Below are positions 9,697 through 19,639 of a stretch of 64,000 nt of DNA, piece by piece. A program made the position numbers and the translations under genes. Each line of letters starts with the position of its first letter. Position 1 is the first letter of the stretch. The stretch spans positions 1,152,001-1,216,000 of the forward strand of contig OZ219917.1 in NCBI GenBank assembly GCA_964291415.2. The letters run 5' to 3'. The notes under the pieces were generated by a model. It had not been told where the DNA came from. It searched no databases and was given only the letters and a program-made list of their open reading frames with translations. The stretch is from Alphaproteobacteria bacterium (GTDB lineage Bacteria; Pseudomonadota; Alphaproteobacteria; SP197).

Positions 9697-10525
9697 CGAC
9701 CGGGTGAATCACGACATCCTGATGGGACTGGTGGCCAAGTGCGTGGCCGACAGATGCCTGCTCAGGCTCATCTGCGGCTTCCTGACCGCGGGGGTTCTGG
9801 AAGGCGGTGGTCGGTCCAAGCACCAAGAAGACGCCGCAGGGTGGTCCATTCTCGCCCTTGCTGTCGAATTGGATGCTCGACGTTCTGGACAAGGAACCGG
9901 AGAAGCGTGGCCACGCTTCGTGTGCTACGCCGACAGCTGCAGCATCTACGTGGGGTCCCGGCCGGCGTGCGAGCGGGTCATGGCAAGCGTGACGAGGTTC
10001 CTCGCCCGGCGGCTGAAGCTGAAGGTCAATGCAGATAAGAGCGTGGTAGATTGCCCGTCGGCGCGGGCCTTCCTGGGCTTCAGCTTTACCGCTGCGCGGG
10101 CAACGAAGCGGCGGATCGCGCCGCAGGCGCTCGCCCGGGTCAAGACACGGGTCCGGGAGATGACGCGCTGCACCAAGAGTGCCAGCCCTGTTCGTCTTGT
10201 CGCGGAACTCTCCCGCTACCTCATCGGGTGGCGGGGCTACTTCGGCTTCTGCGAGACTCCCTCGGTGCTGCGCCGCCTCGACCAATGGGTCCGACGGAGG
10301 CTCCGCGCCATCATCTGCGACTGTGGAAGCGCGGACGCACCCGCTATGCGGCGCTGCGCCGCCATGGGCCGTGGGCACTGCCGGCGGTTTGAGCCGCCAG
10401 GTCCTTGCCCACGGCCCATGGCGAATCAGCGCCAGCCCTGCGCGCTGCTACGCGCTGCCCCACGCCTCTTTCACCAAGCTTGGCCTCGCGACCCTTGCGA
10501 GCCATGCTACCGCGCAAATCCATCG
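9697..10525 (+). pseudogene. ltrA: Intron RT/maturase, 3' part, frameshifted, YADD changed to YADS
   Basis: DRVNHDILM; TPQGGPFSPLLSN in another frame; FVCYADSC, FLGFSF, GWRGYFG, LDQWVRRRLR. Confidence 0.88.
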
Positions 10526-10696
10526 AACCGCCGTGTACGGACCCGTACGCACGGTGGTGTGGGAGGGGCGGAGCCGCGAGGCTCTCCCCTATCCCGATTT
10601 GCATCGTCCCTCGGACCGGCCGCCGAGCATTGTTCCAGCCGCGATCTACAGTCATCCTCCCGCTTTGCTGCGCTCCCTACGATTGAGGCCCGCACG

Positions 10697-12061
10697 ATGC
10701 TTCTCCCTCCGTTTCTCCGCGTCCTCGCGGCATCCTGCGTCCTGCTTCTGATCGCTCCAATCTGGAGTGTGGCCGACGACGTCCTTCCATCCCCCGCCGT
10801 CATCGAGGCCGATGCGCGGGCGCTTGCAGAGGCGGGTCGCTTCGAGGAGGCGTTAGGCCTCTTGCGGACCTTGGTTGGAGGCGGGACGGTGGAGGCTGGG
10901 ACGCTGTTTCTCTACGGCATGGCGGCGACCGGTGCCGCGCAGCGGCCCGGTCTCGCCGAGGCGGACCGCGATGCCCTGCTGGACGAGGCCATCGCCGCCT
11001 TCCACACGTTGCTGGTGGGACGGCCGGGCCTCGTGCGTGTGCGCCTGGAGCTGGCCCGCGCCTTCTTCCTGAAACGTGAGGACGGGCTGGCCCGACGGCA
11101 CTTTGAGCACGTACTGGCAGGCGACGTGCCCGAGGCGGTCAAGGAGAACGTGGGCCTTTTTCTCGCCGAAATCCGCGCGCGCGATCGCTGGAGCTTCAAT
11201 TTGGGTGTCGCGGTGGCACCCGACAGCAATATCAGCGGCGGTTCGGACGAACGCATCATCTACATCTACGGCTTGCCCTTCGAGCGGGATACCGAGGAGC
11301 TGACCACGTCCGGCATTGGCCTTTCCTTCTGGGGCGGCGCGGAGTACCAAGTGCCGGTCTCCGACCGGATTCGCGTCCGTGCCGGCGCGCAGGCCTCGCG
11401 GCGGGAGTACGAGCGTTCCGTCTTCGACCAGCACTTCGTCGCTCTCCATCTCGGCCCGCGCTGGCTTCTCGGCGAGGCGACGGACGCGAGCCTGCTGGCG
11501 AGCGGCCGGCAGAACTGGTCCGGCACCGCGCCCAACTACCGCGAGCTGGGCGCTCGCCTGGAAGTGACCCACCGGTTGAGTCCTCGCCTGACCACTTCTG
11601 CCCGGGCATCCTGGCACGACCGACGCTACCGCACCCGGACCCACCTGGATGGCCCGGTCTGGGATGCAACCCTGCGCGGTGCGTGGGTTGTCACGCCGAC
11701 GGTGCGGGCCGAGTTGTCCGGCGGCTATGCGCAGCAGCGGCCGAAGTTCCGGCGCGAGCGCCACCGCGGCCGGTGGCTCGGCACAGGCGTCAGCGTGGCC
11801 CTGCCGCTGGGCTTCACGGTCGGCGGCAGTGCGGAGGTGCGCTGGACCGACTACGAGCCGGGCTGGTTCCCCTTCGTCGCCGATGGTGGCCCGCGTGAGG
11901 ACCGTACCCGGTCCTACAGGCTCAGCACCCACAATCGGGCCTTCACGCTCATCGGCTTCAGCCCGGAGTTGGCACTTGTCCACGAGACCCGCGACAGCAA
12001 CGCCCAGCTCCACGACTACCGCCGCACGTCGGGCGAACTGCGCTTCGTCCAGCAGTTCTGA
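10697..12061 (+). CDS. Slam-like outer-membrane translocon (TPR + DUF560 beta-barrel)
   Basis: Signal peptide, TPR RVRLELARAFF, DSNI, barrel strands, RDSN...Y and terminal Phe. Confidence 0.85.
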   Translation: MLLPPFLRVLAASCVLLLIAPIWSVADDVLPSPAVIEADARALAEAGRFEEALGLLRTLVGGGTVEAGTLFLYGMAATGAAQRPGLAEADRDALLDEAIAAFHTLLVGRPGLVRVRLELARAFFLKREDGLARRHFEHVLAGDVPEAVKENVGLFLAEIRARDRWSFNLGVAVAPDSNISGGSDERIIYIYGLPFERDTEELTTSGIGLSFWGGAEYQVPVSDRIRVRAGAQASRREYERSVFDQHFVALHLGPRWLLGEATDASLLASGRQNWSGTAPNYRELGARLEVTHRLSPRLTTSARASWHDRRYRTRTHLDGPVWDATLRGAWVVTPTVRAELSGGYAQQRPKFRRERHRGRWLGTGVSVALPLGFTVGGSAEVRWTDYEPGWFPFVADGGPREDRTRSYRLSTHNRAFTLIGFSPELALVHETRDSNAQLHDYRRTSGELRFVQQF

Positions 12062-12452
12062 ACGAACGGACCTCCGCCTCTTCCGCCGTTCTTGGTGCGA
12101 CCTGCCGGGACCGAGAGCCGGGCATCGCCCTCTTCCACCCGCAGAGGCTGGGCGAGCGTCACCGCAGCATTCCCTTTGCGCCGGGGCCGGTCGGGTGGAG
12201 TGCATGGCTGGTCCCAAGCGGCGACACGCCGGCGATGATGCCGTCCTCTGCGCAGGTGTGGACGACGCCGACTGCCGCCCAGCCGAGCGTGCCGTCGCGT
12301 AGAGCATTGGAGAGGCCCAGAGCCCAGTGTGCCGGTTGACGCACGGCCGACTTGGTCACCAGCAGGCGAACGCCTGGCCCACCCCTTGACATTCACATGG
12401 CGAAAATCCGAAGTATCCGTGGAACCCAAACCAAGGGTGTGAAGGAATTCAA

Positions 12453-13646
12453 ATGCCGCGGCGGCTGGATCTTGCAGCGCTTCTTTCGGGATGTGCCGAC
12501 GACTCGTTCGACGACGGCATTCGCATCGACAGCGATCTCGAACCTCTCGCCGGTCCCGGCGGCGCGATCAAGCCGGCGGTTTACGAATACGGAGCCTATC
12601 AGTTCGACCGGCGGTGGGCCTCTCCCGACGACGGCGAGCCGACACAGGTCATCGTCATCGACAACGTGCCGTCGCAGGCGAACAGGCTCGAGGAAGCCCT
12701 GAGACGGAGCCGCGAGTCGACGTCGATTCCGGAGTTCGTTCTCGACCTCTCGACGCTGCCCCGTCTTCCCGTGCACCTGCCCCGGTCCCTGTCGAGTCTC
12801 CAGTTCCCGCACCGCAATGCGGACGCCTATCTTCGCGACTCGCAACTGGAAGGAGAGGATTTTCTCAAGACCGAGGTCGGCCGGGCGATCTTCGGCGCAA
12901 CGGCCGAGACCTGCGGGCCCTTGATGTCATGGTTCCCGCAGGCGCTGCTCTATGGGTTCTGGCAGTCCCACCTCGGCAAGAAGCGGCAAAACACCAGGCA
13001 CGCACGCGCGTGGGTGTCCGAGATTGTCGGCTGGCGGCCCGCCGCGACCCAGACAAGGATGCTCGGGCTGAAGGGAGACGCTCTCAATCTCAACACCAAC
13101 GACGTCGTGACCTCCAATCCTGACGATCGCACGGCATGGGAGGTCGGCAAGGGCGCGAGAATTGCGGGTGCGAAGAGTGAGAGGCTCTCCGAGATCGGTC
13201 ACGGGCAGGTGGCCGTCTCGGGAGCCGACGCCCGACCGGCGGCGGTCTCCTTCGCGCGCGTGACGCAGCGCGCGACGGTGTCCTTTGCCCAGCTCCGGCG
13301 CGTCAGTCTGGGGGGCGAGTCCGGCGGGGCGGACGCGGCCGCTCGGGCTTTGCTGGTGGCGCTCGGGCTGCACGCCCACCAGCTCGCTTTCGGCAGGGGA
13401 TTCGCCCTGCGTTCCGGCGCCGAGCTTCGACCCCGGTCGACCACCGCGACGTGGCTTGGTGCTACGGGCGACGAGACGATCGATCTCGGTGGGGCCGAGA
13501 CGACGCTGGCACTTCTCGAAGCGGCCAGGGAACATGCCGCATCCCGGGAGGTGCCGCTCGACGGTTGGGGATTTCCCGCGACAGTGCTGACTCCGAAGAA
13601 GAACCTCAGCGCGGCGATTCGCTCGACCTGGCCCGAACTCGACTGA
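12453..13646 (+). CDS. csb1: Type I-G (I-U) Cas7/Csb1
   Basis: IKPAVY, IDNVPSQANRLEEAL, PHRNADAYLRDS, PQALLYGFWQS, SEIGHGQV, LRSGAEL. Confidence 0.92.
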   Translation: MPRRLDLAALLSGCADDSFDDGIRIDSDLEPLAGPGGAIKPAVYEYGAYQFDRRWASPDDGEPTQVIVIDNVPSQANRLEEALRRSRESTSIPEFVLDLSTLPRLPVHLPRSLSSLQFPHRNADAYLRDSQLEGEDFLKTEVGRAIFGATAETCGPLMSWFPQALLYGFWQSHLGKKRQNTRHARAWVSEIVGWRPAATQTRMLGLKGDALNLNTNDVVTSNPDDRTAWEVGKGARIAGAKSERLSEIGHGQVAVSGADARPAAVSFARVTQRATVSFAQLRRVSLGGESGGADAAARALLVALGLHAHQLAFGRGFALRSGAELRPRSTTATWLGATGDETIDLGGAETTLALLEAAREHAASREVPLDGWGFPATVLTPKKNLSAAIRSTWPELD

Positions 13647-15046
13647 TGCTGGCGATCAGCGTCGAGTTCCTGCACGGGACCTTCCGCGGCGACCCGGACG
13701 GCACCGCGCTCACCGGAGGGCTGACCCGGGGAGAGTGGCCACCGTCGCCGGCACGGCTCTTCGCCGCCCTGGTGGCGGCCGACGGGACCCGGCAGGCGTC
13801 ACGGATGACGGACGGTCACGAACTGATCTGGCTCGAAGAACTTCCCGCACCGGCGATTCACGCCCAGCGCGAACCCTGCCATCAGAAGCTCCGTCCGCGC
13901 TTTGTCGCAGCGCAGCGCAGTCGTCCCGCCAAGGCCGCGTACCAGGAGTATCCCGCACGAGAGGCAGCCCTCCAGCGACCGGGCGTGCGGGTCGCCCTGC
14001 GCAACCCTCTCGTGGTGTACCGGTGGAATGTGGAACCGCCGGACGAAAGGACCTTCAAGTCGCTGATCCATCGCGCCGCGCGCGTGGGATACCTGGGCAC
14101 ATCCGACTCCCCCGTCCGCATCCGCGTGGCGACCGAGATGCCGCGCGATGCCGAGAGCGAGGTCTGCGTTCCGGATCCTGAAGGCAACCTGCGCATCCGC
14201 GTCCCTCGGCCGGGCGATGTCGCCGTGCTGGACCGCATGTTCGACGTCTGGCAGGAGCGGGGGGCATCGGTGACCCGCTCCCAGTTCCCTCAACTTCTCC
14301 ATTGGCAGACGTACCGGTCGCCTGGCGGTTGCGATGCTGTGGAGAGCGGAGACGTGGTGGCCTGGCTGCGCCTGAGCCCGGCCCTCACCGGCAGGCGGAT
14401 TTCCTCGTTGACCGCGCTCTTCAAGGCCGCCCTTCTCGACCGTCATCAGCGCATGTACGGCGATCCGCCCGCCGTGCTGCACGGTCATGGATTCAAGGAA
14501 AGGGGATACGATCTCGCCCGCTACCTGGCGCTGCCGGACATCGGCATGCCGCGCTCGCGCGGCCGCATTCATGGTCTCGCCCTGTGGCTGCCGCCGGGAG
14601 TCGACCGCGAACAGCAACGCAAGGCCCGCGATGCGGCGTTTGCCATCGACGTGCTCGTCGGTCGAGGCATCGAAGTATCCGTGGAACCGCGCGGGGATGA
14701 AGAACGCCTCTGGGCCGCCAATCCGCAGCGCTGGCGTGGACCGTCGTCGACCTGGGTCACGGCGTTCCCCGTGATCCACGAAAGGAGGGGCGTTCCCGGC
14801 CTCCCGGAAGCGGCCCGATGGTGCCGTCACGCCGGCCTGCCCGATCCGGTTGCCTTCCAGTCGTCGCGCGCGCCGCTTCTTCCCGGCGCGATCGATCTTG
14901 CGCCGTCGGAAGTCAACCGGCCCGAGCGGCCCGCGCTCCCGTATTCTCACGCCGAGTTCCGCTTCGCGGAGCCCGTGAGCGGGCCAGTCGTTGTCGGCGC
15001 CGGGCGGCAGCGCGGTTTCGGCCTCTGCGTGCCGATTGATGGCTGA
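13646..15046 (+). CDS. csb2: Type I-G Csb2 (Cas5/Cas6 fusion)
   Basis: EWPPSPARLFAALVAA, YLGTSDS, LHGH, G-rich loop GPVVVGAGRQRGFGLC; TGATG coupling to csb1. Confidence 0.92.
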   Translation: MLAISVEFLHGTFRGDPDGTALTGGLTRGEWPPSPARLFAALVAADGTRQASRMTDGHELIWLEELPAPAIHAQREPCHQKLRPRFVAAQRSRPAKAAYQEYPAREAALQRPGVRVALRNPLVVYRWNVEPPDERTFKSLIHRAARVGYLGTSDSPVRIRVATEMPRDAESEVCVPDPEGNLRIRVPRPGDVAVLDRMFDVWQERGASVTRSQFPQLLHWQTYRSPGGCDAVESGDVVAWLRLSPALTGRRISSLTALFKAALLDRHQRMYGDPPAVLHGHGFKERGYDLARYLALPDIGMPRSRGRIHGLALWLPPGVDREQQRKARDAAFAIDVLVGRGIEVSVEPRGDEERLWAANPQRWRGPSSTWVTAFPVIHERRGVPGLPEAARWCRHAGLPDPVAFQSSRAPLLPGAIDLAPSEVNRPERPALPYSHAEFRFAEPVSGPVVVGAGRQRGFGLCVPIDG

Positions 15047-17866
15047 CACAACGCCCACATCCGGCAGCGGAGTACGGTCGGTCACCGCGCAGCGGATTCC
15101 TCCGTCGCCCACATTCACCGAATTCTACCGAGCCATCAACGGGCGCGATCCGTTCCCCTGGCAGGCGCGCCTTGCCGACTGCGTCGTGGAGAGCGAGCGG
15201 TGGCCGCCGGTGATCGGCATACCGACCGGTCTCGGCAAGACGGCCTGCCTCGATATCGCGGTGTGGTGGCTGTCGACCCAGGCGGACCGCGTGCCGGCGC
15301 GTCGCAGTGCGCCAACGCGAGTCTGGTGGGTCGTTAACCGGCACCTCCTCGTGGACTCGACGGCCGGGCACGCGAGAGACATGGCACGCGCGCTCCACGA
15401 TCCTGTCGGCGCGGGGATGGATGCCGCCGGGTGCGATGTTGCCAGGCGCGTCGCTGAACGGCTTCGTTCACTGTGGGTCGATCCCGCCGCGCCCCGCTGG
15501 ACGTGATCAGCCTTCGGGGCGGCATCGCCTCGCGCGCTCCCACGGACCCGGCGCGGCCGACCGTCATCCTGTGCACGCTGGCAACGTACGGCTCTCGCCT
15601 TCTGTTCCGGGGTTACGGGTCCAGTCGGCCGTCCGTCGACGCCGCGATGGCCGGTACCGACAGCCTGGTGCTGCTGGACGAGGCGCATCCCGGGGTACAC
15701 CTGAGAACACTGATCCCTGCCCTTGCCGCCTGCAGTCCCGCAGCGCGGGACCTGCTCGGTGCGAACCGGGCCCGGCCAACGGTTGTTGCGTTGACGGCCA
15801 CCGGGGATGTCGCGCAAGACGACAGGTTCGAACTGGATGGCGAAGACGAGACGCACCCGGAGGTCCGCCGACGACTGGACGCTGTGAAACCGCTCGACGT
15901 GGATGTGGTTGACGGAAGGACGGCAAAACGCCTTGCCGGGGCGGCTGTAGCGCTCGTGCAGCGGGCGCCCGCGCTGGCTGCAAGTCTCGTGTTCGCCAAC
16001 ACCCCGACGACGGCGCGCGAGACGCTCGATCGCTTGCGCCATGCGCTTCCGGATGCGGAGATCCTGCTTCTCACGGGACTCGCGCGCGAACGCGAGGCAG
16101 CGCGGCTTCGTGCCCGCGTGCTTGATCCGGAACACGGGATGGCCACGGCGCGTCCCGCCGACGCACCGCGCCGGCATCACCTGATCGTCGTGGCGACGCA
16201 GACCCTGGAAGCGGGAGCCGACATCGACGCTGAATACCTCGTCACGGAGGGGTGCAGCGTGCGTGCGCTCACGCAACGGCTGGGCCGCCTGAATCGACTC
16301 GGGCGGTTCCCGCATGCGCGTGCAACCTACGTTCATGTCCTGCCATCCGGGTCTCGCAGGGCAAGCGCATCCGACACGGACTTCGACGACTGGCCGGCGT
16401 ACGGACGGGAGCCAGCCATTGTGCTCGAGCGGTTGCAGAAGTCGCATGCCGGCGGCGGAGCCGGAACCATCGGACTCTCTCCACGGTCCATGGCCTCGGT
16501 ACTGGGACCACCGCTCGACCATCCAGGCCGTGCGCCGGAGGTCCTTCCCGGCCTGTTGTGGGAATGGACGAAAACGACAGAGCCTCCCGAGGACGAGGCA
16601 CCGGTGGAACCCTATTTCGTCGGCATCGCCAGCCCGCGGCTTTCGGTGACCGTGTTCTGGCGTGCGCATGTCCCGGATTCCGGCAGGCGGTTGTGGCCGC
16701 GAGCCACGGACCGCGAAACCATCGAGGTGTCATTCACAAGAGCGCGCGAAGCGCTGAGCGAAGGAGTGATCCGCCGGCTGGCCTCGGACGGCGTCACGGT
16801 AGAGGCAGTGTCCGCAGGCGACCTGCGTCCCGGGGACCGGATCGTCATCGCCAGTGACGCGGGACACATGGACCGGTTCGGGTGGAATCCGGGAGCCTGC
16901 GGCCCCGTCGTTGATGCCTCGCTCGCTGGCTTGGGTCTGCCGCTTGATGCCGTCGCCATCCGGCGCCTGTGCGGCGTGGATATCGGTGGACTCGTAGACA
17001 CCGCCCTGGGGATCACCGCCGACGGTCGCGAAATCGACGAGACGGAACGGTCGGAAGCGATCACGGACATCCTTGCCGCACTCAGGAACGCGCCGGTGCC
17101 GGAGGGATGGCAGGAGGCAGAGTGGACCGGGTTTGTCGGCAGCCTTCGCCCGCAGGTTCTCAGACCTTGCGACGAAGTACCTCGCCTGATGGTCGAACAG
17201 CCGCGTGACGAGACATTGAACGATGAGTTTGACGAACGTTCTTTGTGTCATGTCGCGATCGAACTGGATCAGCATGGTCACACTGTCGGGGCTCGCGCAA
17301 GCAGGGTGGCCGAACGGATTGGCCTGCCCGATAGTTTACGGGAAGTGGTCGAGCATGCCGCGAAACTGCACGACATCGGCAAGGCCGATGCGCGATTTCA
17401 GCGGTGGCTCGACCCGCGGCGCGAGAATGGTCCGCCGCTCGCGAAATCGGACGTTCCAAGTCACCGCTGGGAAAGGATGCGGCTTTCGTCCGGCTGGCCC
17501 ATAGGAGGACGTCACGAGGAGCTCTCCGCTCGGCTGGTGCGTGCATGGTTGGCGTCGACACCCGAGTGGGGCACCCCGCTTCAACGCGACCTGCTGGTGC
17601 ATCTGGTGATCAGCCATCACGGAAAGGGCCGCCCGCTGGTGCCGCCGGCGACCGATGGTACGGCCTGCACCGTGAGCGCCGTCGTGTCAGGAGTATCGGT
17701 GACGGCAAGCGCGGATCTCGCGATGATCGACTGGGAGCAGCCTGGCCGCTTCCGGAAGCTGCAGGCGCAATTTGGGCCGTGGGGACTGTCACTCCTGGAA
17801 GCCATCGTCATCCGGGCCGATCACGCCGTCTTGGCCGGAGTGGATGGAACACCGAAGGACTCCTGA
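15039..17866 (+). pseudogene. cas3: Type I-G Cas3 (helicase + C-terminal HD) with one frameshift near 15495
   Basis: PFPWQARL and PTGLGKT in the 14991 frame; DEAH, TQTLEAGADID, QRLGRLNR, HDIGKAD, RHE, SHHG in the 15473 frame. The frameshift may be an assembly error. Confidence 0.88.
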
Positions 17867-18762
17867 TGCACACGTTCAACTGCCCAGGGCTTCCCGCATC
17901 TTGGGTCAATGGCTGGCTCGCAGGAATCGGCGCTACGGTGCTCGATCGCCGCATCCGGCTGCATTGGACCGCAGAGGATGCGCCCGTGGCGGTGCTCTCG
18001 TCAGCCGAACTCAACCCAGTCGACGCACTGGTCGAATCCTGGCCTGACGAAGCGTTTCTGTACGACCTGCCGATCGCCAAGGAGTGGGGTGACGCGGGCG
18101 AACTGGGGCGAAACGTGCCGGTTGAACAGTTTGTTGAACGTGCGTGCGCGGCGCGCGGCCACCCGCATGCCTGGACGCTCTCCTCGACCATGACTGACTT
18201 GAGCATCGATCGGAACGGTGAGGTCGCCCATGCCCCGTTCGACCCTCCTGTCCCCAGGGGATTCTCGATTCATGAACGACTGCTCAAGGTGCACAACGAA
18301 GCAACGCCAGTGTCGAGAGGGCTCCTGCAAGACTCCCTTTTGGGTCTGGGAGAACGCGTCAGGGGAAACGGTCTGGGATTCGACTGCACACGGGTGGGTT
18401 CGCTCGCCGACATGTCGGACAAGTGGATCGAACCCGTCGTCGAGTTGCTGGCGTTCTTCGGCCTGGCGGAGTTTCCGCTCCGAGGCTGGGGAGTGGACCG
18501 TCGGCCCAATCACCACCTCAACCCTGACGAGCGGCAGCGCGGGTGGCGGAAGGTCATGGATAGCGAAGAGCGACGATTTGTCTGGCCTGCTTGGCGACAA
18601 CCTCTGGATGCCGCAGGTATCGACGCGCTGCTCGACGTCTGGAAACCCTGGCGCAAAGAATCCTGGCCGCCCCTTGGTGTCCACGTCGCGTGGCAGAGCG
18701 TGCGATACCAGCGCAGGGGTTCGGCGGATCCCACCAGAGCTATCGGAGCGGCGTCGCTTTGA
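17866..18762 (+). CDS. Short Cas8g/Csb3-like large subunit (298 aa)
   Basis: Last gene of the I-G operon, TGATG-coupled to cas3; PGL...NGWLAGIG, GLGFD, VELLAFFGL, FVWPAW. Confidence 0.7.
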   Translation: MHTFNCPGLPASWVNGWLAGIGATVLDRRIRLHWTAEDAPVAVLSSAELNPVDALVESWPDEAFLYDLPIAKEWGDAGELGRNVPVEQFVERACAARGHPHAWTLSSTMTDLSIDRNGEVAHAPFDPPVPRGFSIHERLLKVHNEATPVSRGLLQDSLLGLGERVRGNGLGFDCTRVGSLADMSDKWIEPVVELLAFFGLAEFPLRGWGVDRRPNHHLNPDERQRGWRKVMDSEERRFVWPAWRQPLDAAGIDALLDVWKPWRKESWPPLGVHVAWQSVRYQRRGSADPTRAIGAASL

Positions 18763-18975
18763 CGCACCAACCCGTCATTCCAGTCTTCGTGAGCGAGCAC
18801 GTCGTCTACTGTCCACGACACAGTGTACGCTGATCCACCGACAATGGCGTCTGGACCGACAACGCTCACACTGCTACAAGGCCAGCATGAGGCATTATGG
18901 TAACCTTCTCGTCATTCCGATGACTGAAGTGGGACGCGGTTGCCCCTAACTGACCGCAATTCGCCGTGAGTGGCA

Positions 18976-19304
18976 GTGTCGCCGGGGTGTCAATCCTGGC
19001 CTTCGTTGAGCGCCTATCAGCAGCTTGAACTGTGATGAGTACGTTCGTTTGTGTCGCTAGGGCTTCGACCCTGGCCTTTATTGAGCGCCGCGGTTGGGCA
19101 GCATGACATGGAGGCACTGCTGAGTGTCGCCGAAGATCGGACTTTGGTCGGGCCAAGCCATACAGCCGCCAGCTTTTGTCGAGCTCCAGCACCGACCTGT
19201 GTCGGGCGGAGTTCAGCCGTGCCACTCCAAGCCAGCGTCGCCTTTGCTGTTGCAAGTTCCCCGGCTGCAAGCGTGTCATCGCCGTACGGCTCGATCACAG
19301 AGCG
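18976..19304 (+). CRISPR. Degenerate type I-G CRISPR array (2 clear + 3 diverged repeats)
   Basis: GTGTC-initiated units at 18976, 19051, 19124, 19199, 19273 (period 73-75). R1 GTGTCGCCGGGGTGTCAATCCTGGCCTTCGTTGAGCG and R2 GTGTCGCTAGGGCTTCGACCCTGGCCTTTATTGAGCG are 37 nt; spacers are 36-38 nt. Confidence 0.75.
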
Positions 19305-19639
19305 CCATCATCGCCACTTCACAAGATGGCTCGTCATGGAGGCCAGCAACATGCGACAGAGCGCCGGGCGCTTCACCTTGATCAGCTTGATCCACTTCAC
19401 GTCCGCGTCCGACAGCGTCCAGGTGTCCTTGAAGGCAGCGCCCACCAATTATGAGCTGATCGGAACAGCGTAGTTGGCCTTGGAATTGAAGAGCGGGACT
19501 TAGTGGATCATGTTGACCGCCGTGCTCCTGTGCCTGATTCTCACCAACAAACTGAATCATAACACAAAAACGGATACGGCGGCACACTCTTCATGCAAGA
19601 TCCGGGCTAGTCGGCTAGAGGCAAGGCTACACTAGCCCT

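Larger units (their letters stand above)
6016..10598 (+). mobile_element. Group IIC intron, interrupted and degenerate
   Basis: 5' GTGTGCCG directly after a terminator; domain V GAACCGCCGTGTACGGACCCGTACGCACGGTGGTGT at ~10525; domain VI ends CCTATCCCGAT at 10598. Confidence 0.92.

Noticed and set aside
9704-12061. Apparent 785-aa RT-Slam fusion
   Set aside because: Read-through caused by frameshifts in the decayed intron ORF; intron domains V/VI lie between the parts and Slam has its own signal peptide at 10697.
18751-18795. Repeat-like GTCATTCCAGTCTTCGTGAGCG at the cas8 stop, and ACAGAGCGCC at ~19356
   Set aside because: They resemble repeat 3' ends but lack the hairpin or the 74-nt register; possible relics, not counted.
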